Source: Perkinsus chesapeaki ATCC PRA-425 (taxonomy: Eukaryota > Protista > Perkinsozoa). From it: DNA of 45,221 bases. Location: assembly GCA_013115145.1 (NCBI GenBank), contig JAAPAO010000264.1, positions 1-45,221 of the forward strand. Direction: 5' to 3'. The translations under genes and the position numbers were made by a program. Every line of letters starts with the position of its first letter. The first letter of the stretch is position 1. Under the pieces are notes generated by a model. That model ran no database searches, had not been told where the DNA came from, and worked only from the letters and a program-made list of their open reading frames with translations. This document shows positions 11,930 to 22,715 of the stretch, piece after piece.

Positions 11930-12050
11930 TAGCAGCGGTATCAGTTGTATCCTGACCTTTCGTTCTTAAAGAGGCCAATAGAGCGGCGACTGCTGCAACA
12001 TGTGGCGAGGACATTGAGGTTATATCACTCCCGTCGATCAGCCGTAGTCG
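11930..12050 (-). pseudogene. Subtilase (S8) C-terminal fragment
   Basis: The minus strand reads LIDGSDITSMSSPHVAAVAALLASL, the catalytic-Ser helix (GTSMASPHVAG-like); no Asp or His regions were found nearby. Confidence 0.7.
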
Positions 12051-12896
12051 ATCAGTGACAAAACGGACGGAGAAATTGCTCGTCGAGGACGCCTCGATTA
12101 AAATAGGCTATCATCCAAATTCAAACATTCAGTCAGCCCTCCTTCGAAATGTTCAGCGAACCTGGTGGGTGTTATCCATGGACTGAGGAATTCGACTGAT
12201 TACTAATCGTTAACGACGCGTGATATCACTCGCCTTGTTTTCAAACTATGGGAGGACTGAACGCCTTTGTGTTGTTGCTTTGTCCCCACTGACTGAACGC
12301 ATGGCGGTTGAGCTTTGGAAAAAAGACTAATGAGATAGGACTCCAATCACCGCTCAGCCTATCTATTCCGGGCCTCAGTGCAACCTGTGAACTTCAGACG
12401 ATGAACAGAAAAATAAGCAATAACACGCATGTGGTCCAGACGAGCAACGGCGCGTATGCGCTCAGTCGAAGCGGCTCCGACAATACGCACACGCATAAAG
12501 ATCAAGCACGATTATATCTGAGACTACATGAATCAGTTCCAAGCAGCTCGTTTAAGGCTAGGTTGTCCATACGTACAGCTCCCTACTCGGGAGGGCATCA
12601 ACAGCAGGTTTGCTTAAAATTCAATGGATAGAAACCGGCGAGAATAACTCCGGCTGACTTCAATCGATCCGCAGAGCTACTGAGGCGAGCTACTAGAATA
12701 CGCGCTCATAAAAGCCTCTATATGATCAAAGCTGCTTGAATCATCATATAAACTTGGGGAATCATATAAATTGGTGGTGCCATCATTCATCAACTTGACT
12801 GATTACATGGAATACATACGATTACATGAAATGCTACTACGAGTGATATTTCTTATAAAAAAGAGATATTTGACATCAATGTGTTGCTCTCTTGCC

Positions 12897-14003
12897 TCAA
12901 TGACGTCTGGCCAACTGAATTGCTCGTTTAACAGCAAGATCAGGTCGAAGGACTCCATACAGCATTTCCACTCCCTTTGCTGTTTTTACTTTACCCTCAG
13001 TAGCATTCAATAATATTTCCTTTATCACATCTGGTTTGAATTTCTTGAAGCTTTGCATTAGAGCTGCTATACCACCAACAATCGCAGTAGCACAAGAAGA
13101 GCCTTCGGTTTTCTCGTACTCCCACTGTCCAATTTCATCACTTATCCCAGCTACCATAACTTCTGTACCAGGCACACCAAAGCTAGCCAACAGGGCGGCT
13201 TCATTCAACAACACCATAGGATTTGGTGTTAACGTCGCAGCAACGCACACCACACCAGGCATAGAGTTCGCCAGTGAACAGGGTAACATAACCTCATCCG
13301 GCCCGGTTGCAGTATTTTCGTTTGAAGCGCCAACGACAACGAAGTTACCTTGCTCGACGGCCTTCGTGATCACTGTTTTGAACATCGTGGACCTCTCATG
13401 TTCAAAGCTCCAACCAACAGCGAACACTATAACATCAGAATCATTGAGCTTGCTCGCTATCTCCCACGCGCTTTTTGCTTGCTCGAGAGTAGGGCCTTGG
13501 CTGGGAGATGCACTCGACCTAATCGGTCTTATCTTAACTCTATGAGCTATTCCAGCGATACCTATACCATTGTTGATCCCCGCAGCGGTTATACTGGTCA
13601 TCTTTGTACCATGGCCATGCACGTCTTCGACGGATGGCACTGGAGAACCAGAAGCGTCCCGCCCTTCCAATAGTTTTCCCACGAGGTCAGGTTGCTGAGT
13701 AGCGACACCCGTGTCGATAACAGTGACGATGACATCTCTACGGGATAACCCGGACTCTCGGACCGCCTCCCAGGTCTCTTGGATATGCAATGACTCGAAT
13801 AAGGCTTTCTGACTCGGAAAGTAGGGGTCGTCGGGCGGGTACGGTAGTTGACCAAATCCGACCCGAGAGAATCCAGAGGACCAAACTAGACAACAGTATA
13901 ATATATACTTCGATAGTCTTGGAGGTGTTATCAAATCAGCGAAGACAGTCATTGAAATGTCACGAATATTAAACCTGATTGAATCAATCAGACTTACCTC
14001 CAA
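12897..14003 (-). CDS. Intronless subtilisin-like serine protease (S8, thermitase-like N-terminus)
   Basis: Catalytic Asp in VTVIDTG, His in HGHGTKMTS, oxyanion Asn in GASNEN, Ser in EGSSCATAIVGG; hydrophobic leader followed by PPDDPYF. The likely start is Met at 13952. Confidence 0.92.
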   Translation of the reverse strand: MEVSLIDSIRFNIRDISMTVFADLITPPRLSKYILYCCLVWSSGFSRVGFGQLPYPPDDPYFPSQKALFESLHIQETWEAVRESGLSRRDVIVTVIDTGVATQQPDLVGKLLEGRDASGSPVPSVEDVHGHGTKMTSITAAGINNGIGIAGIAHRVKIRPIRSSASPSQGPTLEQAKSAWEIASKLNDSDVIVFAVGWSFEHERSTMFKTVITKAVEQGNFVVVGASNENTATGPDEVMLPCSLANSMPGVVCVAATLTPNPMVLLNEAALLASFGVPGTEVMVAGISDEIGQWEYEKTEGSSCATAIVGGIAALMQSFKKFKPDVIKEILLNATEGKVKTAKGVEMLYGVLRPDLAVKRAIQLARRH

Positions 14004-14547
14004 TAAAACTCCGCAAGCACAAGCAAGTGGAAAAAATTGAAATACACATAAAACAACCAGGAAAATTAGTGGTCAAACCCTGATAGGCCAGATGAGATAG
14101 CCGCGAAGTAGAAGGGTGGAGACCCGCGCACGGGCCGTGAGTCAAAGACTTTGTCGATGGCAGTGAGCGACCAATCGATGCACAGCTAGGCTAACTCTGC
14201 CCCCAGAGCACAGCTGGCCCGTAATTCGCAGGTTCCAGTGTACAGGGCAGCAGGCGGTTGGGCTACCTGTGTCCCGGATAGTCGTCGACTAATGTGAACA
14301 CAAATATCAAACGCATCGGGTGCGAATATTTTAACAACGAAGGACATTTTGTTCTTCTACAGGCAAGCACGCCTCTTTGAGTTAAGCGCCGGGTAACCGT
14401 GGCGCGGCGCATCGCGACCCTGAGCGGCTGGTTCGCTTTTGAGAAAACCGGGCCTCCAGTGAACGAGCCCACGACAAACTGGCAACACATAGAGGATATA
14501 CTTCTAACGTCACAACGCGTCAGTTGGAGTTGCTAAGACGGGACTCG

Positions 14548-16276
14548 CTATCTCGATGTCTTCAACAAATAAAAGGGGAAGCGGTAGACAGCATGTGTAG
14601 GGCCACACACGGTCCGGAGCACTGCCCGCACTGCTGTTTCACGTGCTCGGATTCTGGCACTTCTAACTTCTGAACTCTTCAGGTAGCCCGAGGGTTCAAT
14701 ACGAGTCTGAGGCCTAGAGCACGGAAATGGTGTCTCAGGTAAAGGCTCATAAGAGCTTGGTAAATCTGGCGGAGTTTCACGCCTAGGTGATGGCCCAGGT
14801 ACGATCAACGCGTGCTCTGGAGAGCTGGCGCTCGAGCACGAACTCACTAAACCAGCAGGGTGTGCTGGGACGTCTGGCTGGGAAACCGGAAGTGCTCCAC
14901 TTCGAAGTTGGACTATCACAGTGAAGGAAATGTCGAAATGTGGGCATTCAAGGGTTAACATGATTAAAAACACCAAGAAAGCTAACTGCGCTAGCTGCAT
15001 GTTCGTGCAAATGTTCGCAATGTCGTCATGATCAAGCATGTTGATTTTCCTCACAGAGATTCAGCTGGAGCTCCCTGTAGAAATGTCATTTTTCATCGAC
15101 AAGTTGAACGCAACACTGTGTCTGTGAAGATCCAGATTCCGGAGTAGTTATACTCAAATGCCCGTACAACAAACGATAGGCCGTTAGCTTCTTCGCTGTG
15201 TCTCGCTCAACGCAGCCTTACTAAGTGCCTCATTGATTGAGGGAGTATCCCCAAGCCATCATTCACCGGACAACATATGTAAAAAGGCAGAGACAATCTC
15301 AGGTGGAAATTGACTTTGTTAAACCGCTGGATAAGCAACGTAGGGGAACTTTGAATAAAAGACTCAGAGAGTAAACTGTGGTCATAATATGGCCGACATA
15401 TTAGCGTGGATTAGAGTGAACTGCACAGTCATCACGTCCGCAGTAGATCGGTGCCCTGAATGGGAAACCAAAATGTAAGAATGACTGGCTGGCAAGCGCT
15501 ACTAGCGATTTCGTTACAAACGAACTCTTTGAAGTAGGGCCAGTAGATCAGGCTTGTGTGACCGACGTTCACTGTAGGCAATGCAGTGAACGGTGGGTAC
15601 ATGGCACGAGTATCTGCAGGGCCGATCTCCACCGCTGTCAATGGAACGTGACTTGGGTAATTCGGGGAGAGGGAGCTATATTTGAACTCTGATAGTAGCA
15701 CCGGTAGTGCTGCACCATGGGGAGCGATATCCCCCATTGTTTACCTTGAATAGCTTTCTCTTGAAGCCACCACGCAGCTTCGCCAGCAGCACATCTCTCA
15801 ACCGCACTCAAATTCATTCGATTGGAGCTTATACCTCAAAAAGTATCACAACGTGTTGAACGTCTAGAAAAGCATTAAACACTTCTTATATTCCTTGATA
15901 AAGGTTAACGTCAAATTCTGCCAGTCTGATGTCATAATGCAAGCGACACCATTGAACATGTCGAGCTGAGGGGTATTCTTCTGGACCGTCATACATCAAA
16001 TCAAGGCTTGATTACGGGACTCAGCCGATCAGCGCGCTACGTTAAGCCCGCCCCAATATCTATCCCAGGAAACGTGTAAAATAACGCAACGTGCTTCTCG
16101 GCATCTTTACTGTGCAACATATCAAATACCACGGTACCAATAAGCTTTTTAATGTGGGTGCACAGATAGGTCAGCACCATAGTTATTTGTAGCCGCGGCT
16201 CATCACCATGAATCCTCAGCATAGGGGAACAGAGCCCCACCGTGCATAATATGAATGTTTGGACGAAGCGGATCAT
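14548..16276 (-). pseudogene. Interrupted hypothetical (possibly secreted) protein gene(s)
   Basis: Signal-peptide-like start MIRFVQTFILCTVGLCSP at 16276 followed by several short same-strand ORFs (15432-15737, 14548-15054) broken by stops; no family recognised. Confidence 0.25.
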
Positions 16277-17395
16277 TTGAAAGGATGCTGGAAGCAGAAG
16301 AAGTGGCAGGTAGTGGTATACAAGTAGTGCTCAGCAGGCACGCAAGGCAGATTCGAGATACAATAGCTTAGGGTCTCGAAATTTCCGACTCGGAAACAGG
16401 TAATTGAAACCAGCAAAATTAGCGTGAGTCACGCTGCGTGACGTGACTAGTTGTGGTAACCACAACGGGTCACGTCACGCTGATAGCAATGCACTGTCAG
16501 AGTTAGGGAAACAGAGAGTAGCGATCTGGGAGTGGTGGTACATCCGGATGCGGGGAGTGAATAATGAACATGGACAGACAGGTGATGTATGCAAGCTGTC
16601 ACGATCACAGTGTTACCACCTGTTAGGATGGAAATCTAGCGATATCTCTACTAAGATTAGTACGTCTCGAACTTCGAGTGGGACGACAATCGAAGTAGAT
16701 CTTGGAGTTACAAGCTGGGACATTCGAATCAGTAGCGCGTGAATGTTCATTGTCTACTGAACAGTGCGGGAAGAAAGGGTCATGGTGCGCACTGCGCGGT
16801 ACATCGTATGGCCACTTCGGCGGAACACACTTCCCCATGTTTGGGGATTTTTGATAGAGTAAGTAGACGACATTCTTTCCCCAAATCAGTCATAGGTGAT
16901 ATGAATAATTTTACTGGTCATAGTTGTAGGAGGTCAAGAGCAACGTGACATTTGTGCGGATAATCTCATTGTGAATAGTATCCACTGGATTGAGATATGA
17001 TTCGCATGTGGAAATGAATGGTTTCAGTCTTGAGATTGACTTGTTTGTGTAAACAAGTTTGATTTATGATTTAGTTTCTAGAGTTAAGGAAGTAATACGG
17101 AGTTGGGGAGGTTAAGTGGGGGCCTCTCGATTATCTCGATTTATGATATGACAGGTTGCGCAACCGCCAGCTGTTAGGACACTGCAACCTGCAAACTACG
17201 GGCCACAGTGAGAGTGCGGCCACTTCGAGTGCTTGGGGCCCAAGCCTTGGGCCAGAGTTAGCCTAGCCGTGCACCCGTTTGTCGCTGACTGCCATAAGGA
17301 AATAAGATTCGAAAAGTAAGCCACAGTCTGATCAACATCAGACGAACGCATTATTATGATTCTACGTATATCAAAGCTAGATACTCGCTTGATTT

Positions 17396-18802
17396 GTGCA
17401 CAATTCATACGTCAAACTTGGAGGTTGGTGGCACTGGACGAGACTTGGTTTAGTTGTGGGAACTGCCCACCGTGCGACCAAGCATGGGAGCATACCGGCT
17501 ACATGCTCAGCCATTAGCGACTTCCACATGAAGGGATCTGAACAGGTAGCCAAAAGGATCTCAGAAAGGTGTCTCATTTGCCAAATCGCTCGTGTTCGTA
17601 GAGTGTGGGTCACTCCGCCGAGTCTTGGTAAGGGACACGCCGAGAGACTGAAATACCACCCGCCGTATTTCCGATGCGGAGTAGACTATTATGCGCTAGG
17701 TGAGAAGCAGAAGATCGTCAGTGTGACGTGTCTAACTACGGGACACACATGTTGGGTTCGAGCGGGTAAAGAAGATCTACGTACGATTATCATGGTCTTG
17801 AAGAGGATTCAGCTAGAGCGAGGAGGGCTAAAAGAACTAGTGGTTGATTCTGCCTTTTATTTCTCTACCGGGAAGTTCAGCGAACTGTGTGAAGAACATC
17901 TTGGAGCGTCAGTGGAGCCCTTGAGTGTGCGATCGCCCTTTGAAGGAGGCCGTTTTGAGAAGCTACATGACCTAGGGGGCAGAAAAATGCGAGTTCTGTT
18001 GCGAAGCAAGGCGGGACGAGTGGCCGACCTCTCGGACGAAGACCTGGATATGCTCTTGTTGGAGGTCTGCCTTTTGTTGAATACCCGCCCGACTTTGTCC
18101 TATCACTATGATACAGATGGTACTAATAGAGTCATTACGCCAGATACTCTATGTTGGGGGTATACTCGAAGTTGTGGCGGTGGATTCGGATACGCCGGGA
18201 GTGCCGAACCTTTTAGACCGCCGCGGGACGTCGCCCATGTGCGCCATGAATTCATGGAGTACCACTGGAGGCTTCTGAAGGAGAAGGCGTTGGAGGCGGT
18301 CCAGTCGAAGTGTCCCAAGGGAAAGCGAGGCTTCGACCTGGCTATCGGAGCTGCCGTTCTGGTGCATGCTCCTACCAATCGCAAGCTTGCTTTCCCGTGG
18401 AGGATTGGACAGGTCATAGGGATGCGGGGTGATCACACTGTTGATGTGATATTCCCCGGCAAACAGCAACGGGTGACTCGTGAGAATAAGTTTAACTTGA
18501 TTCCGGTACTGCATGATCCAGAGAACGACTGTGTCGACCCCGTGGAGGATCCGATGTATGACTGTAACCGAGAAGTGGAAGTTCGTCCTGATAGGGTAGG
18601 CATGGGTCTACGAGTCAAACTGAGGGTTCGTGGAAAACGCGGACTCCATTGGTATCAAGCAGTAGTGATACGGGAATTCAAGAGTGGACACGTTCAAGTT
18701 CAGTGGCGTGATGGTTCCCCTGATGAGCGGCTATGGTTAGACTTCGAGGATTGGGAGCTTGATGATGATGTTGACAAATGTGAAACCTTTCGGCCGGCAT
18801 AA
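17396..18802 (+). mobile_element. BEL/Pao-type LTR retrotransposon integrase ORF (5'-truncated element) with DUF5641-like and Tudor-like C-terminal regions
   Basis: HHCC finger (AHRATKHG..CLIC), DDE triad (GVDYY / LVVDSA / GGRFEKL, second D to E spacing 36), LLEVCLLLNTRP and ITPDTL motifs, and AVLVHAPTNRKLAFPWRIGQV (DUF5641-like). No RT or RNase H recognisable upstream. Confidence 0.85.
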
Positions 18803-18812
18803 ACATGCCGCC

Positions 18813-18999
18813 GAGGGGGGCGTGATTGGGCGAATATGCGAGCACGGTTGTAGATTGCTTCGGCGAGCGCCGGATATTTGAGCGGTCTGTTATTTCCGTA
18901 GCCTCGGTCGCCCAGTGCGGTTGTTCGAGAGTTGTCTTTACCATGTTTTAGAACGTGTTATTTGCGCCAACTGGCGTTTTGTTTTATATTGCCCAATTA
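18813..18999 (+). repeat. Polypurine tract and probable 3' LTR of the BEL/Pao element
   Basis: GAGGGGGG (18813-18820) 10 nt after the integrase stop, then TGATTGGGCGAATA (from 18823) and an imperfect inverted copy TATTGCCCAATTA (18987-18999); no second LTR seen in the window. Confidence 0.6.
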
Positions 19000-20699
19000 T
19001 CCTCAGGACGCTCGAACGAGGTATTGGTTAGAGGACCTATGTTTATGAACAGGCATCAAAGACATTGTGCTGCTGTAGAGAGTACTCAATGAGTACTACT
19101 CATGTCTCCGTTACATTCATTTGTCATTAACACTTGAATAACACATTATCCAAGTCAAGTAGCTGTGATGCGCAGATATCTCGGTGAGCGTAAGCCGGCC
19201 GGTTAGAGTCATGATGACCCAGTCATCGCACCACAATGATTTCCGTTGAATTCAGTTGAGCGCTTGAAATTGCAGGGTGCCTGACTGTAGGCTCCAGTCT
19301 GTAGCAGCCACAGAAAACGGGCCCTCTTTTTCTGAGTCAGGGACCCCGACTCAGGGTTTCAAACCTTGAGTTTGTGACTTCAACTTGAGGTCTTGAAGAC
19401 TCGAGAGTTTGTCGTTGCCTATGTGATGGAGTACTCATCTATGTAGGGCCTCATTTGGGAAGCCCGAGCCCGGTACCAGACTCCCTTGTAGTCATTGCTT
19501 GTAGCTCTGAGCAAGTTACTCGATATAACTCGGCGCTCGATTCGATTAGAATCATTCGAATGTCAAAGTATTCATCACCCGTGACTCGCTGGAGACCTGT
19601 GACGTTTGTCGGCCCCATTTTGATTGAACACGGAGCAGCGCGTGGTTCCACACAGATTGAACAAGAGCACGAAGTAAGAACTCGCAACAGTACAACAGGT
19701 TTTGTCGTTCTTCTTTTGAGAGACGGGGTGGAGGCCTGCACAGCCGAAACAGGATCGTCACAAATCATCGCAGTCATGTTATATGATTCATATAGCATAC
19801 GTCAGGTCTACGGACAGTAAATTGTACAGCTTTCGATGGGAGCAATGTGAGCTCCTTCTAACAGCTGCTGACTAGAATAGAACTCAAGTTGGCAAGCTGA
19901 CAGTCGAACTATTATTGCTGGACATGGAACCACCGTGAAGTTCTATTCTCTTGTCTGCATTTTTCTTCTAAGATCGTGAAGGTGGTCCGACGAGTGAGAA
20001 CTTCTGGTTTGAGCTCCTCTCTTCTTGATAAGCGTTCCACCAAACTAAGAGACTTATATCAGAGATGCCTCATGAACTGTCCATGTGAATACTATTAGTA
20101 TGATACTAACATTTTCGATAGTGACATAACAATGATAGTATAAATCATATTCATATAACTGATAATTCGCAACCCACAACACTTCACTGAATGGCTGCCC
20201 AATACCAGACTGTTGACCGAAAAGCATCGATGAGGCTCACCATTTATTAGAGACTTCATTTAGGGCTTCCAATAAGCTGACTGTGGCTTCCTGAATCAAT
20301 ATAACTCAGTCTGGAGACACATAGCGGATCTTAATCCCAATTTATCTACTAGTTCTTCATCGGTGAGCTGCTGACAGATCCCCCGTGTAATGATAAAAAC
20401 CCTACGTCATACAACTACTCTATCACCCGTTAGCTGGGAGCCACGTAGCGGACAATTAATTTTATTAGACATCATCATATCGTGCGAAGTGTCCGGAGCT
20501 CGACATATCACAAAGTGGTGATAGCGTGATCCATTCGATAGCTATTCACTTAATGATAACAAGGAGGAGGTTCCAGGATCAGAATCGACATTCACCTTAG
20601 CGTTTCTGGTTGCTTGAAGAACCGGACGACACTTCGTCGACGACTCCGCCAACCTCCGGCGCTCTTGTTGCCTGCTACCCTGCATTCATTCACTTCCGA

Positions 20700-21824
20700 C
20701 GACTATATGTTTGATCTCACAGCCAGAGCATTCCTCCCGGCAGGGCTTTGATGTCATCCATGCCAATGAGCTTGCCGATCAACTCCGACTCTGCTGGGTG
20801 TTGCCACTGTGATTCGCCACTCTCTTCATTGTAGTAAAATCTGTACACTTCGTGAAAGCCAAAGATTGAGTTGGCCCTACACTTGTGATGTTTGCTTCCC
20901 CTCTACGAGAGTAGTATACTCCTTCCAATGGACAGGTAGACCGTCAGTCAGGAACTGCCGTATCATTAGTATTACGTCCGGCTTGGTGCGGCGCCTGGCG
21001 AAAGTCTGACTGACCGCATCACCCGTAGCGTTTCACCGGACATCACAAGAAGTATTCTTCCTATGCGTTTGTGACATAACACCCCGCACCAAATGCTGGA
21101 GCGGCAAAGCTACTGCTGTAAGCAGATCTTGCTGGGTGTGTAAAAAATTGGCTTTGCCTTCAAAACTTATCGTGATGGAGGAAGTGCAACGAGGTTACTT
21201 CAAGCACGCCTTTCGTGGTTATTCCAGCATTTCTACCCCGATCATCCGTTCAAAGCTGCGCTCGGTGAGCTTAGTGGGATAGCACATAGTATAAATAATG
21301 CAGTTCATAACGCCTCAGAAACTTTCATTAACAAGCTAGCCAAGCTAACTCGCCAGTAACTATTGTAAGTTATGAAGACATGGCCAATTACGCAGCCTGT
21401 GGTAATCGAGCCCGACACTTTATTATGCTCTTACAAGTCGATCCCTAAATGAACACAGTATTCGACGAGGCGTCGAGTATTATGATCTGCGTCTGAATCA
21501 TCTTCTCTTATTTCTTCCTCTAGGGCTTCCACCGAGCTTTCCGGTATCATGCTCATTGCCCAATCACGAGTTGTTATGTAAATGTCTTTTAGTGTCGAGT
21601 AGAGGGAGGCATCTCCTATCTTGTTTGTATCATTTTGAAGCCGCAGTGGTGGCGGAATCGGAACTAAGCCGTTCATAAATTGGCAATCTTCGAGAATCCT
21701 CACTATCTTCAGTCCAAGCTCTAGTGGAGGCTTTCATCCGTGGAGGTGCCGTGGTTAGATCACTTTCTCCAACTCCAACTTTTCGTAATGAGGGGGTATG
21801 CTTATTCATGGGAAAACGTCGCAA
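20700..21824 (-). CDS. Multi-exon WW-domain protein resembling the CEP164 N-terminus (may extend to about 19450; possibly a pseudogene)
   Basis: Exons encode LEEEIREDDSDADHNTRRLVEYCVHLGIDL, GLPVHWKEYTT and RFYYNEESGESQWQHPAE (WW signature W..YYN..W.HP). One splice junction inside the WW domain could not be phased. Confidence 0.6.
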
Positions 21825-22331
21825 AGCTTGTTTGGTTATAGAACAAGAAAGGGACTATCATCAGTTTAGATTCGTAACTGTACTAATCAGCAACCGTTCC
21901 AAAGCGAGCGACAGAGCGCATACTCCTCAGCCCGGCTCGGGTTACCCCGGCTAACTTACCCGATCTACGGCGTATGTAACTTGTGTGGCTCAATATCAGC
22001 CAATATCTATGTGTGTCCGTCCAACTACTGGAATATCAGTGACGAAGACTCACAGTAGTAACGCGAGGTAGGTGTCCTACGTGTTTCAATGACCACTTAA
22101 AATTCGACAGGGGGAAATGAGCAACCCACACAATCATCTTGTGATGCATACTAAAACGCAACAGTCTTCTTTCCTATGCGGCTAACAATCCTACGGTTCT
22201 AGTAACAAGCTAAGTGCGAGGCCAAGGGCATTTTTAGCGACCACAAGCAACCGCTGCGAATGCTTTCAACTACATTGACTTACAGACTGTCTGTGTTACT
22301 CAAGAGCTCGCCAGTGCAACTTCCCAACTGA

Positions 22332-22700
22332 TAGTGACCCGAACGGTTCGGGCCGAACCGGGCTTGGAAGTCCACGGTTCGTAAAACGAGCTCTACACGG
22401 CTTTGATACAGCTCCGTTGTAGTGGACGATCTTCACCGGTTATAAACTTTACGTGACACTCGTTGAACGCAACGTGATGCGCGCGAACGCTGTACGAAAC
22501 GCTGTATGGAATCACTTTTATTCGAACAGACTCGTTTACATTGAGGTGGTCCAGCTTATGACTCGGGATGATGCAAACAGTCGTTTGAACAAATCTATTA
22601 AAGCTACCTGCAGGTAACACAGGAGATAAAGGCTGACTTACGGAACAAGCTCTTTTTGATCGGTAGCCTTGAGGGCGCCTAGAAGGCATAAGACTAAGTG
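22332..22700 (+). mobile_element. Degenerate hAT-like transposon 5' end with BED-finger-like remnant
   Basis: Begins TAGTGACCCGAACGGTTCGGGCCGAACCGGG (hAT-like terminus with subterminal hairpin), followed by RNAVWNHF..KATCR and YGTS, broken by stops. Confidence 0.3.
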
Positions 22701-22715
22701 CCACTAACTGGAGGC

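Noticed and set aside
13036-13673. Plus-strand ORFs of 169 and 107 aa
   Set aside because: Antisense shadows of the subtilase, which carries all the catalytic motifs.
14260-14545. Possible gag-like remnant (GCEYFNNEGH)
   Set aside because: The second Cys is absent, the frame has stops, and there is no other supporting retroelement motif.
16740-16800. Possible gag zinc knuckle (CGKKGH..HC) upstream of the BEL integrase
   Set aside because: Needs a frameshift, lacks the first Cys and has the wrong His-Cys spacing.
19332-19365. Small hairpins CTGAGTC..GACTCAG and GGTTT-C-AAACC
   Set aside because: Short stems, single occurrence, no partner terminus or TSD found.
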